IMG/VR virus record: IMGVR_UViG_3300016722_000150
Span: 1 to 44,002 of that record
Direction: 5' to 3' (one strand)
DNA from: a virus
Lineage: Duplodnaviria > Caudoviricetes
DNA length: 44,002 bases
The notes under the pieces were generated by a model. That model searched no databases. It saw nothing but the letters and a program-made list of their open reading frames with translations, and was not told the DNA's origin. Numbering within the stretch: position 1 is the stretch's first letter; each line of letters starts with the position of its first letter. Made by a program: the position numbers and the translations under genes. Positions 31,974 through 43,297 of the stretch are shown piece by piece.

Positions 31974-34900
31974 CTATTTGGTTTTTTTAATTACTAAGGA
32001 CTCTGCCTTATTAAATCTTGTTGAGTCAGCGAGAAACCTTTTCCAAAGGGTTTTTCTTAATATTATTGCGTTATCGTAAACCTTTTGGTCATCGGCGGAC
32101 AAACTGTTTTTAAATTCAATGTCATTTTTTTTCGATCCAGTAAATGGTTTAAATAAACTTTGATGGAATCCATGAATTACTTTCTGTGGATTATCCGAAT
32201 TTTTAATGAGTTCAGAATATTCATCTACGGCTTTGTCAATATTATTATCCATCAATGCATTTCTTAAATCTCTGTATTTACTTGGTGGAAATTGTCCTGA
32301 ATTGTCTACAATTCCCTTATCTTTTTTCCATTTATCGACAAGTCCATAAACATCTTGTAATGGGGAGTACCTTGTAACACTTAATCCGGCTGCTGATAAC
32401 AAAGATTCAAAAGGGTTTACTTCTTTATCTTTGTTTGCTCCGGGAATTAGTCCCTTTGCACTTATAGGAATAGGAGCGGAGATAAGTTCTTTTATGTAAT
32501 CCTGTATAGGTTCTGGCTGGTCTCTTCAATCCTTTCCAGTGAGCATCCATCTTGCAGTTTTTCCTACAACAGGAGATAACCTACCAGCAATAAATTGATG
32601 TGGACGTTCATAAAGGTTATAAAGGTCTCCGGGGACTGACCTTAATCCGTAACGTCTGTTATGGTAGATAACATCAAACGGTTCATCGTTATGGTAATCA
32701 TCATCTAATAATTTATTTAATATCCTTGCAGTTACAAATAAGGTTACAGCCAATACCGCTAACGCCCTAAATTGTTCCGCACCTGATTTGCCGCCAAGTA
32801 ATACTTTTGATGCCTGACCCGCAAATCCTGCACGAGCTTCTAAAAAGTCCGGTGCAAGTATTGTAAGCCTTAATACGTTTTGGAAGGTTTGGTTGCGTCC
32901 CATGTCAACATAATTAAGGTTTCCATATGCTGCATTGGCTTGATGTGCTGATAAGTATTTAACATCATCTAAAACCGAAGGGTCTTTTTCAATTTCCTTA
33001 GCCCAGCGTCGGGCGTTTCGTTTAAGAATGTGTTGATATGTCTTGTACTTCAATCCCGGAATGTAATAAAGGAAAAGAGGTTCTGATATGGTTTTTAATA
33101 CTTTGCCTATACCCGGTATTTTATATAATAACTCACCGGAGCCAACGCCTTCCCTGAATGCGTTCATTGCATTATAATCACCGGATAGTTGTAACCCGTG
33201 GCGGGCAGCGTCCATCTGTTCAGGGTTATTCTCTAAATCCATGTGAGGAATATTATAAAACGGGTTAACCAAATGACCAATAGCATGTGTCCCTTCCTGT
33301 ACATAATGGAAAGTACTCACACTAAACATTGCTTGTTTGACAACGTTTTGAGTGTTCTCAATGCCTTTAACAAGATACTTGGGAATTAATGAAAGCGCGC
33401 TACCATCTGAATTATACCAGTCCTTTATAGCGGAACTTCCAAATACATTTTTAAGATGACGATGTATTTCGGGATGTAAAAGCATATCCCCCTGAATCAA
33501 AATGCTTGTACCATCATCTGCTTTGCCTACTCATTTCCATTTTGTTAGTGAATAATGATTTAATCCCTTATAGTCTGAATAATCTCCTGTTTTTGCTAAA
33601 GGGATAACGAGGACTTTTGCTGTTTCGCCTGAACCTTTTTTTATTGGTATACCAACACCTGACGGAATCGCAAGCGGTCTGCCATCTGTCGCCTTACTAT
33701 TTGATAAGTCCTTAATGAACTCTTTTGTAGCTACTGTCTTTCCAAATTCAGAAATATATAACGATAACAGATCGGCAATATCCTTTGATACGGTTTTGTA
33801 TCCTGCCTGTTCTGCATCAAATATTGTTGGGAATGTCCTTTTCTTCTGTGCCCTGAATGACTTCATTAATTTAGCAGAGCCAAGAGTTGGTTTTCCATCT
33901 TCTTTAGGTTCGGTATTGATTAATCTATTGACATAATTTTCAACTGCATTATCCAAAATTCCCAATGCTTCTCCTTTTTTCTGAAAGAAGTCGTAAATAT
34001 CACTTGCTTTTTTGGCGTATTCTTTATCCTTATCAGTAAGATTTAAAGCATTTGTGTAGTCTTTTTTAAGAGTTTTATCATTAGTTAAAGCCTCCCATTG
34101 TTTTATTTTGTCAACATCTCCGCCCGATTCTATCCATACATTTACTGCACGTCTTGTATCTGGCTCTGGAATTGCTTTTTTAAATTCAGCATTTATATTT
34201 CTTGCCTTAATGGCAGTCATTTGCATTTCCGCATTCCAATTGTTAATCGTTTTTTTAAATTCGTTAAAGTCTGGTAGGTCAATGATTTTTTTTCTAAAAT
34301 TATCAATCTCCGTAAATATCCTGTTTAAGAAAGCCGGGGACTTGGGCTCTGTTTCTTTTTTCTTTTTTGAAAACCGTACATCTTTTAGAAAATCCCCGGC
34401 GTACTCCGGCTGACTGTCGGGTTTTGTGGTTGGGTGTTCTATTCTTTCGGGAAGTACTGCGGATTTTCGTCGGCTAAATTGTTCAGTATCTTCAACCTTT
34501 CCGATAGCGTCTTTTTGTTCGGGTTCTTTTTCAACTCCTCGTTGTACATTCCCCAAATTGCTTTCGGCATTTCCCTGATTGTCATATTGCCGTCCGTCCC
34601 TATTACTTCTACTCTGTTGTAAGTTTCCATTTGTTATATAATTAAGCGTTTTAAATAATACTTCTTGAATTGGTTCTGGATACAAAGATAAATCAACAGT
34701 CCCACTTGCAATATCCTCTATCGTATAATTGTCCAAAAGTTTTTCAGCTGCAAAAGCCACTATCTCATCTGCTATCTCATAGTCGCTCATTTCATTTACA
34801 TCGTACTCTTCCGGAAGTTGTTTTTCTTCATCTGTTAAACGTGGGAGTATTGATACTAATTCATTATATTCGATAATATTACGCGCTGAATTGTGTGTTT

Positions 34901-37900
34901 GCTCGTGTAGTCACGTCCGTATTATTTCGTTTCCGGTTTTATGTGGGAGTGTATTTATGAATACTTTTCCATAAAGACTTAATCCACCAATAAAATAATG
35001 CTTTATTGCTTCTGTTACTTGCTCGTTGTAATTTATGGCATTAACGGAATTGGCCAAATCTTCGTTTGTTTTTACAATGATAGATGGATTAGCCGAAAAC
35101 ATTTTTTCTACTTCACGGATGATTTGCGTACCCTTCTCATACTTTTCTGATATAGTTTTGGCGGTGTCAAAGATTTTAGGTTTTATTTGAAATGAAGGGC
35201 TTTTCCCCAAATTGGCTTCATCTTTTTCAAAAAACTCACCCATTAACTTCTGAGCCGTATAAATTCCATCAGGTGTATTCTTTCTTTGCCATGCTCTTTG
35301 CGATGGAGACCAGTGAAATCCCCTTGATTTTAAGGTAGCAATTATTTCAGGATTAGGTTTTTCATCAAACATGAGTTGCACCCGTTCCTGTGAATGGTTG
35401 TTCATAATAACTACGCCCTTGTACTTCCCGACTATTTCAGTTTCTTTATTCGTTAAATCCTCTTTCGGTTGTACTGTTTCGGCAAGTTTCCATATTTCGT
35501 TATTGGTTGAAAATATGGGCTTACTATGCTTATCGCCTACCGATTTAACATATTCAAGTGATTTTTTTACATCTTCTGCTTGTCCATTTGCAGCCATCCT
35601 TTTAATAAACCCGGATAGTGAACTGACAAATAACGGTCTTGCCCCTGGATATTCTCCCTTGTCAATAGCGATAATCGAAGCTATTTTACTATCAAGGGTT
35701 TTTTTTATACTCTGCCACCTCTCATCATCTTTCTGCTCCTGTGGTGCAGCGTCTTTTATCGCTTTAATTGCCGTCTTTTCTGCTTTGTCAGCCCAATCCG
35801 AAAATTCAACACTACGATTATGTTCTGCAATTAACGCTTTTTGATTTCTTGCCGTTGGAAATCTTGCCGGGCCTGTAATCATTGGACTCGCAGTACGACT
35901 TTTTGCAGATAATACAGCGTTTTCGTGGCTTAAATATCCTTCTTTGTACCTTTCAAGTTGTTGCCACATTACGGAGATCTGTTCGGGTGACTTAGCCAGT
36001 GCGGATAATTTATTATACAACTCGTCCAGTGTATCTACATAATCACGTTGAGTTTGTGCCGCCCTTTTTTCAGGGTCAAAACTTATTGCTGAATATGCAT
36101 TGTAAGCGTGTTGATAATTAATGTCCGATGGTTCCCATGTTACAGGATTGGATTTGTCTTGTTTGTTTTCCGAAATCATGTCATCAATGACAAATATATT
36201 CCCATTACTATCTTTTAATACGTTTCTTGGTAATAAGTCTGATACAGTGTATTGTCCGTTGGTAAAGGACGTATCACTTAACTTTTTAAATCCAAGTGCT
36301 TTCATGTAGTCTGTAATCTCGGTAGGTGTGGCAAAGTATGAATCTGCAATATACCCCTGTTTAATTATAGGCATAACACTACGGTTATCAAATCCGGTAA
36401 ATCCTATAAGCTGATATTTTGTAAGGGGAAATAATTTGTTGTGAAGTTCTACACCATCTAAGAACTTTAGTATACTGCCATCACTATTAACAAGGTTATT
36501 AACCTTATACACGGCTCTTTCGTTCTCATTCAAATAGACTTCATTTTCATTACCACTTGGGTATGGCACTCCGAAATTGAATGTTTCGGAAATAGGAATT
36601 CATAATCCATTTTCTTTGGCAAATTGTTCCGTTACTTGAGCTTCTATTTCTTGTCTTTCTGCTCCTGTAAGGCTTTTAGTTTCCTGTGCATCTCGAAGTG
36701 TCTCTTCGATTCTTCTACGGCATTCAACGGTAATTTCCTCTGTTCTTCAAGTGCTTTCAACCCAGCCTCCGTTGACTCTTTGTGAAATTGGTTCAGGTAT
36801 TCCATCGTTGTTATTTTCTACAAAATTAATACGATTAATTGAATTGTCAACAGGTTGTTGATTATTATTTTTTAGTTCTGGATATTTTTTCCCTAATTTT
36901 CGTCTGATTGAAAACTCGGCAGCATTTACGGCTATTGCTTGATAAATAGTGAGTTCTGTTCCATTATTTTTTTCAAATCCAAAACGTGAACGCAATTCAT
37001 TTTCTGCTACCGGAGGAATATCTGCGTTGCTTATTTCTCTTTCAAGGTCTGCACGAAGATATTCTTTATGGACTTCATCACTTGACATTGGCGGTTTTGC
37101 CTGTTCATCAAAATAGTCCTTGTTACTTTCAGTATAATCCACCGGATTCTGTGCGTATTCGTTGGGTGTTACATTCGCTTTCTGAATGTCCACATACTCG
37201 CTAAAAGGTTTAGCCTGTCTGTGGCCATCGCCAAGCCACGTCCTAAACGTATCAATGTCGATAGGTGTAATTGCTCCTAATCCCTTCCAACCTTTGTCAT
37301 AGTTCTCCAAATAGGCTTGTTCGGCTTCCTCAATGGAGTTGTAACCTAACATCACCTTGCTTTCGTCAAACTCTCCGGTCTGTGGGTTGTTCTGGTCAAC
37401 GACAAATACCATTTTACTTTCAGGATGATCACCAACAAATACATCTATCTGATCTCCGTCTTTTCCTTTTGTACGGTTGAAATAGCCGTAATGACTTTGC
37501 ATCGTATGGCTTCATGGTTTTCCGTTTGGATCAACTCCGGTTCTTTCGGTTCCGGTAGGGTTCTCAATGGCTATATCCAACCCCTGAACTTTGATGTGTG
37601 CCTTCTTGTAATTTCCGGCTTCTTTTTGTGCAGGGGTAGGAGTGGTGTTTACTTCGTCGGGAGCAATCTGAACGGGTTCACTAATTGGAATTTCTACCTG
37701 TGAGAGAACGTCCTTTATATCGGCGTTTCTTTCAGCTTCTAAGTCCTGCATTTCCTTTTCAATATCATTAATCCTTTTATCGAAAAGAGCTAATGCGGCT
37801 TTCTTGGTATCTTGGGAATAAAGAAATGTCCCTGCGAATAAATCATTTTGTGATTCGTCGGTTTTGGTATCTCCGAATAACCCGTTTCTGCTTTCGAGGA

Positions 37901-40900
37901 ATGCCTCTTTCTTAGAACGCTCTATCTTAGCGTTTTGAAGTCTTGTTTCAGCATCTTTAATGCTCTCGTCATAGAGGGCGTTAATACGGTCTACTTCTCG
38001 CTGTTGGACGTCGGTGAGGGCTGGGGTTGTTGGGTCGGATGGTCTTTCTCCCAATTCCTGTGATCCAGATACATTTCCAGTAACCCCGTTGCTATCTCCA
38101 TCGCCTCTGATAGGGGTATGTCCTGTTTCTTCGCTATCTCCTGCGACTTCTGCGTCATGAGTTCTATGAACTCCTGTTCTGTTAGTTTCTTCGCCATAAT
38201 CTGCAAATATATTATTAATCTCTTCGTCTGTTGTATTATCGTGTGAATAAATTTCTTTCCACCCATCAATTTTATGCAGCTCCTCTTCGGCTTCTTTCTG
38301 TTTTTCGTAGGCTTCCATCTCTGCGATCTCTTCGGGGGTATAACCTTGGTTGGCTATTTCATCATTACTTACCTCATGGTTAGCTAACAGATCTTTTGCC
38401 ATCTGCTGGGGACTGGTGTAACTATTGATAACATCCTCTATTGCATCTCTGTAATCCTGGTCTGTATAACGTAACTCTTCGGGTTGGTTCTCTCACAGGT
38501 AATGTGCGATCTGGTTAATGGTTTGCCCTTGGCTTTTACTTACCCATGTGAACCTTGGCCTGCGTTCAGATTCAACTTTTTTCCTTACTATTGGGTCGTT
38601 CTCTTTTCCTTTCGTCCCGTATAGTTCGAATAATGAATCAGGGTGTAACTTTCCACCACTTGCGAAATATTGCATTGCCAGCGAACGAGGGTCATTGTAT
38701 GTTTTAAGCTTAACCTCTCTTTGTAAAAGTGAAAGTACTTTTTTACGTTTTACAACTGGCGTAACCTTCAAAGGATTTGTCTCTGAAGTTTGTCCCGTTT
38801 TTTGCGTCATTTGCTGGACAATTTCAGGCGTAACTTTGAGAGGTTCAGTTCCATCACCAGCCCCCGCCACCGGCTCGTTAACAGCAGGTGCAGCGGGGTT
38901 GATGGGTTCGGATACAGTCGGTGGAACCTCTTTTGTTTCTGGCTTGGTAGGTTGTGGCTGTTCTTCCGGTATGGGTTGTAACTGGTTACTTTTCTCTTTG
39001 CTATTATGTTCTATATCAGTGTTGTTCGATTGTAGCCGATTGTTTTCTTCTTTGTTATTCCGTTCTATATCAGTGTTATATATAATCTTTACGGTGTAAT
39101 CCGGTAATGCTTTTAGTGGGTTACTGTAATCGGTGTTATCGGTTACGGTATAAGAGAAGTTTGGTTGTATCTTCTCTGGCTTACTTTCGATGAAGCTTTC
39201 AGCGGCTTTCTTAGCATCTACCTCTCTCGTGAAATGGGTATCAACGTCAATGGTATTGTCTGGGTTAATAGTCCCGACATGGTTTGTTTTGCCCACGGCA
39301 AACTGAATCTTTTCCGGCTCTGGTTGGCCGGGGGTTGGTTTGGGGACATCTTCACCGTTCTGTTCGGGGGTTACTTGGTTCTGTTCCTGACTGGCTCGGG
39401 CAATTCCGTTGTATTGATCTTTAGGTATTCATTTCTGGTCTCCGTCTTCATTCTCAAACATCACGGCTCCGTCGGGGTCATCTTGATTGTCTACATAAAC
39501 CAACGTTCCCTTTTCTCCATTAAAGGTTACTGGCTCATTAAGTGTAAATGGGGTAGATTCGCCAGAGGGCGCCGTCTCATTTATAGGTGATTGGGGAGCT
39601 TGGTTGGCAACCTCCGGTTGTTGGTCTGTTACCGGTTGTTCCGGTGTAGATTGGTTTGTGAGTTGTTTGGGTTGCTGTTCCTGCCATGCCTGTTGTTCGG
39701 CTTGGTATTGATCTCTGGCAACCTTATCAGCGTTATATTTATCAATATCGCCCATTAACCGGGCATTACGGAAGGTATTAAAGTCAATAGTGTTTGTTTC
39801 AGTAATCGTCTTGGGGTTGATAGACCTTAACTCATTAGTGATAGGCTTGTTTGTTTCCGGGTCTATCTCTAAACCGTATAATACATTGGTCGGGTCGGTT
39901 AAATTATTGACATCTCCCGCTTTTATGATGTATCTTTTGCCTTCAATCGTGGCCACTTGGCTAATATTCGTACCATCCTGATGTGCTAATTCTCTAAAAT
40001 CGCTTAGGGATTGCATCGTTGATTTACGTGCAATCTCCTCTTCCGGGGAAATAGAAACTGGATTTTTTTCGATACCCTGCAATCTTACTATTTTAACAGC
40101 CTTTAAAGCTTTATTGTAAGCTTCTAATGAACTAATTACATCACTTACATTACTATGGGCAACATCATTCTTGATAATGTTTGCCTGTTCTGGTGTTAAT
40201 TCCTGTTTATTTGAAAAGGCGTCCCAGGCTTTTACCCTGTCCATCCATTCCTTATTTTCTGAACTAATATCCTTTGCCTGACGAGCCGCACCCATAGCCC
40301 CCATAAAAGTGGCCATGTCCAGTATATTAATTCCTTCTTTTGCTAACTCGCTGAACTGTTCAGGATTAGTACCGATATAATCTTCTACCGTTTTATTGCT
40401 TAGGATGCTTGAAATTGGAGTCATCAACACACCGGTTATTTGTTCCGGGGATATGTCGCTATGGCCGGACATACCTAATCCGGCTCCCACGACAGCGTTA
40501 ACGGCGTTCATTTCAAAATTGAATTTAGCAAGATCGGGGAACATAACACCTAACGCGATCTTTCCTAAACCTTCTTTAACTAACTGAGAAATCCCTTCGC
40601 CTTCAGGGACAACGTTACTTCCTGCGAATGATGCCTCCATCGTTCCGGCTACACCTCTTGCAAATCTATCCCAGCCTGATAACTGTCTCGTTTCTCTTAC
40701 TTCTGTATTATCATCTTGCGGGACATAAACATCTTCCTTTCCGGTTAATGCCTGAGTAATTTTGTCAATTCCTTTTCCGGTTCCAATTGTTGGTTGTAAT
40801 AAAAGAGAAATGGGATTAAACCAACTTCCTTCACTCATAAGATAATCAGGAAGGGTTTTTAAAGTTTCGGTTTCTTGTTTTTTATCATTCTCTGATTCAA

Positions 40901-41864
40901 GGTAATCGTGATAATCTTTTGATAACTTGGCCCTTCGTGCGAACTCTTTAGCTCTTGCCGTATCGCCTATTGACTTGGCTTCTTCGCTTTCAGATAGAAA
41001 TGCAAGGTGCATCTTATTTGACACATCGGGCATTTGCTCAGGTGCGACTTGTACGCCCTTCATTGAATTCAGGTAATTGGTTGCATCATCGTTCCGGGTC
41101 GGATCGTTAGTAACTGTCTTAACCTTTAATCGCTGGTAATACAAATCCGGGCTGTTGGGATTAAGCGTAATGGCTTTATTGATGTTATCCAACGCACCTT
41201 TTGTATCTTTTTGATTTAATGCGTTGTATGATTTTAACTGATAAAGATATGGGTTGTTAGACTGTCCATTTTTCTCTAAGTCGGAAATGACTTGATTACT
41301 CTTGTCATAGTTCTTCTCTTTCGAGTGCTGATAGGCTAACTGAAATTCTGCTTGTGTACGTTCTTCTGGCGTAAGGTCTCGGTTGACCTGATAAGTTTCA
41401 GATGGGATTCTGATTGGAATAGGACTTCCGGGAATGTCTATTCACATTGCAGGTGTCTTTCTCTCTTCATTAAACAAATCCTGCGTTGCCTTATCGTCCG
41501 GCATCATTGACAAATTACTGATGTCGTTAACGTTAGTTTTTGGCATGTTATTCAAAGGGTCGTAGGGCTCCTGAATAGAGTGGGTTGCTGTGGGTTTAAC
41601 GGTTCCTTTCGGCTGAATCGGGTTAACTGCTGGCTTTGCGATGGAGTAATTATTAGCCGGTAGGCTGTTCAGCGGGTCGGCGTCATCTACCGCCGGTTGT
41701 GTAACGGGCTGTTTGGAAGTATCCGGCAATATTCCAAATGGGTCATTAACAGCCTTCGGTTTTGCAGCTGGTTGTGGAGCCGCTTTTGTAACTGGTTTTG
41801 CCTGTGGATTTAAGATTCCAAACGGGTCGTTGTCTGTGTTGATATTTAACGAATTGTCATCCAT
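31974..41864 (-). CDS. Giant polyvalent virion/ejection protein, 3296 aa (9 TGA)
   Basis: Nine track ORFs in one frame, with TGA at 41442, 39429, 38493, 37512, 36747, 36600, 34911, 33531 and 32526; TPR-like, inorganic-pyrophosphatase-like, kinase-like and HExxH regions. Confidence 0.88.
34439..34630 (-). CDS. Overprinted 63-aa ORF in the giant gene
   Basis: Same strand, alternative frame, AT-rich leader; the host frame is a hydrophilic linker here. Confidence 0.45.
   Translation of the reverse strand: METYNRVEVIGTDGNMTIREMPKAIWGMYNEELKKNPNKKTLSERLKILNNLADENPQYFPKE
36644..36805 (-). CDS. Overprinted 53-aa ORF preceding the kinase-like domain
   Basis: MEYLNQFHKESTEAGLKALEEQRKLPLNAVEESKRHFEMHRKLKALQEQKDKK; directly downstream of a consensus promoter. 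Confidence 0.55.
   Translation of the reverse strand: MEYLNQFHKESTEAGLKALEEQRKLPLNAVEESKRHFEMHRKLKALQEQKDKK
36821..36850 (-). promoter_or_regulatory. Internal Bacteroidota promoter TTG-N19-TAATTTTG
   Basis: Minus strand GTTGACAATTCAATTAATCGTATTAATTTTGTAG, 15 nt upstream of the ATG at 36805. Confidence 0.6.
37991..38197 (-). CDS. Overprinted 68-aa ORF in the giant gene
   Basis: MAKKLTEQEFIELMTQKSQEIAKKQDIPLSEAMEIATGLL; helical; TATATTTGCA just upstream. Confidence 0.45.
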   Translation of the reverse strand: MAKKLTEQEFIELMTQKSQEIAKKQDIPLSEAMEIATGLLEMYLDHRNWEKDHPTQQPQPSPTSNSEK

Positions 41865-43201
41865 TAATTTACTTTTTGAATATTACCTGCCTTTATAGCT
41901 TGCTCAAGTTGTTCATGTGTGTACCTTCCGTATAAGTCCGCTTCCGGGATAACAGTTCCTATGGCGTGAGGGTCGCTACTTTTAACTATCTTGTAACTTC
42001 CTAATTTATAATGCGATGTTGGGCTTGCTGCTACTGCCTTCTGCATTGGCGTAACTACTTTTTTAGGAACCAATGTTCCGTTTTTATCAACCGTATAATC
42101 TTTCGCAATCTGGTTGTAAACCTTAGCTTTTAAGATTTCCGGGTATGCTGAACCGCCTGCGGCTATCTGGTCTGCTGTCAATCCGCCTGCTAAGTTAGAG
42201 AACGTTGTATTAAAGATTGCTGCGGGTACGGTTACCACCTTACCGTTCAACATCATAGTTGTAGGGGTATTACTTTTATTACCCTTTGTCGCATCGTTTG
42301 CATGGACGATATGAGCAACTTCTAATGCAGTTGCATTGCTGGCAGCATTTCTCCTCTCAGCGGATTTGTTGTTGTTGTCGGAAACGTACTTTGATGTTGC
42401 ATTGTTGGCTTCGGTATTGTTTACACTTGTTGCGTCGTGGTTCTTTGCGATATTTTCATTACTTTCACGAGTTAACTTATTCTGTTCGTCTTCATGATTC
42501 TGTTTAGCTAATGCAGCTTTATACGCTTTGTAACCGTTAAGCGTATTCAAAGCAGATTGATACTTCATAAGATTATATTTTTCCTCCTTAGCTTCCTGCT
42601 TAGCTTTCTCTTGTTCTGCGGCTCCTATCAATTGTTGAGTAGTGTTGTTCTGCTGTGGTGCGTAAATCTTTGCTCCGTGTGAAGCTCCTACCATGTTGGC
42701 AATTGCCATAAGCCCTTGCCCGATGGCGTTAAGTTTTGCATACTTTGCAAATCTTGCTGATCGGTCATCGCTGGGATTCGGTCTGAAACTTTCAACGTAC
42801 TTCTGAATAGCATCATCAGGATACATCTGTTTGTATTGCTCAAACTCACTAAGTGCGGGCTTTGATGGTGCGGCTGCTGGCGTTGCTGCGGATGTTGCGG
42901 GTGGTGGAACTGGTACAGCGTTTGCTTTCGATGTCATCTGCGCCGGAACAGCACTTTGATTTCCTGCCGCATTTCCTTTCGGCTGCATCGGTTCAGGTGC
43001 AAAAGTGTCTTGATAAGGTATTTCCGGGCGGTTATTTAATTTTATATCTCCTGCTGGCTGCGTTGTGGCGGGATGCATCGGGTTAACGGGCGGCATATCG
43101 TGGTTATCGGGGGCAAGCCCGATCTCGTTTTGCGGAACGTATGGAGGAATGTCTGTATTTTCCTCGTCATCTGGCATTGGGTTTATGTTAAATATACTCA
43201 T
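41864..43201 (-). CDS. Internal virion/ejection protein
   Basis: Pro/Ala/Asn-rich, with hydrophobic AIGQGLMAIANMVGA; TAATG-coupled to the giant gene. Confidence 0.7.
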   Translation of the reverse strand: MSIFNINPMPDDEENTDIPPYVPQNEIGLAPDNHDMPPVNPMHPATTQPAGDIKLNNRPEIPYQDTFAPEPMQPKGNAAGNQSAVPAQMTSKANAVPVPPPATSAATPAAAPSKPALSEFEQYKQMYPDDAIQKYVESFRPNPSDDRSARFAKYAKLNAIGQGLMAIANMVGASHGAKIYAPQQNNTTQQLIGAAEQEKAKQEAKEEKYNLMKYQSALNTLNGYKAYKAALAKQNHEDEQNKLTRESNENIAKNHDATSVNNTEANNATSKYVSDNNNKSAERRNAASNATALEVAHIVHANDATKGNKSNTPTTMMLNGKVVTVPAAIFNTTFSNLAGGLTADQIAAGGSAYPEILKAKVYNQIAKDYTVDKNGTLVPKKVVTPMQKAVAASPTSHYKLGSYKIVKSSDPHAIGTVIPEADLYGRYTHEQLEQAIKAGNIQKVN

Positions 43202-43297
43202 TGTTTTTTGGTTTTGTTTTCTATACTGAGAGGACGAGACTAATCGACTGGTTTACATCCTTTCTAAAATATTCATTTTTGGTTAATGTTATACCTT

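Noticed and set aside
38975-39078. 54-bp imperfect tandem duplication (NTDIERNNKE/NTDIEHNSKE)
   Set aside because: Ordinary in-frame linker duplication
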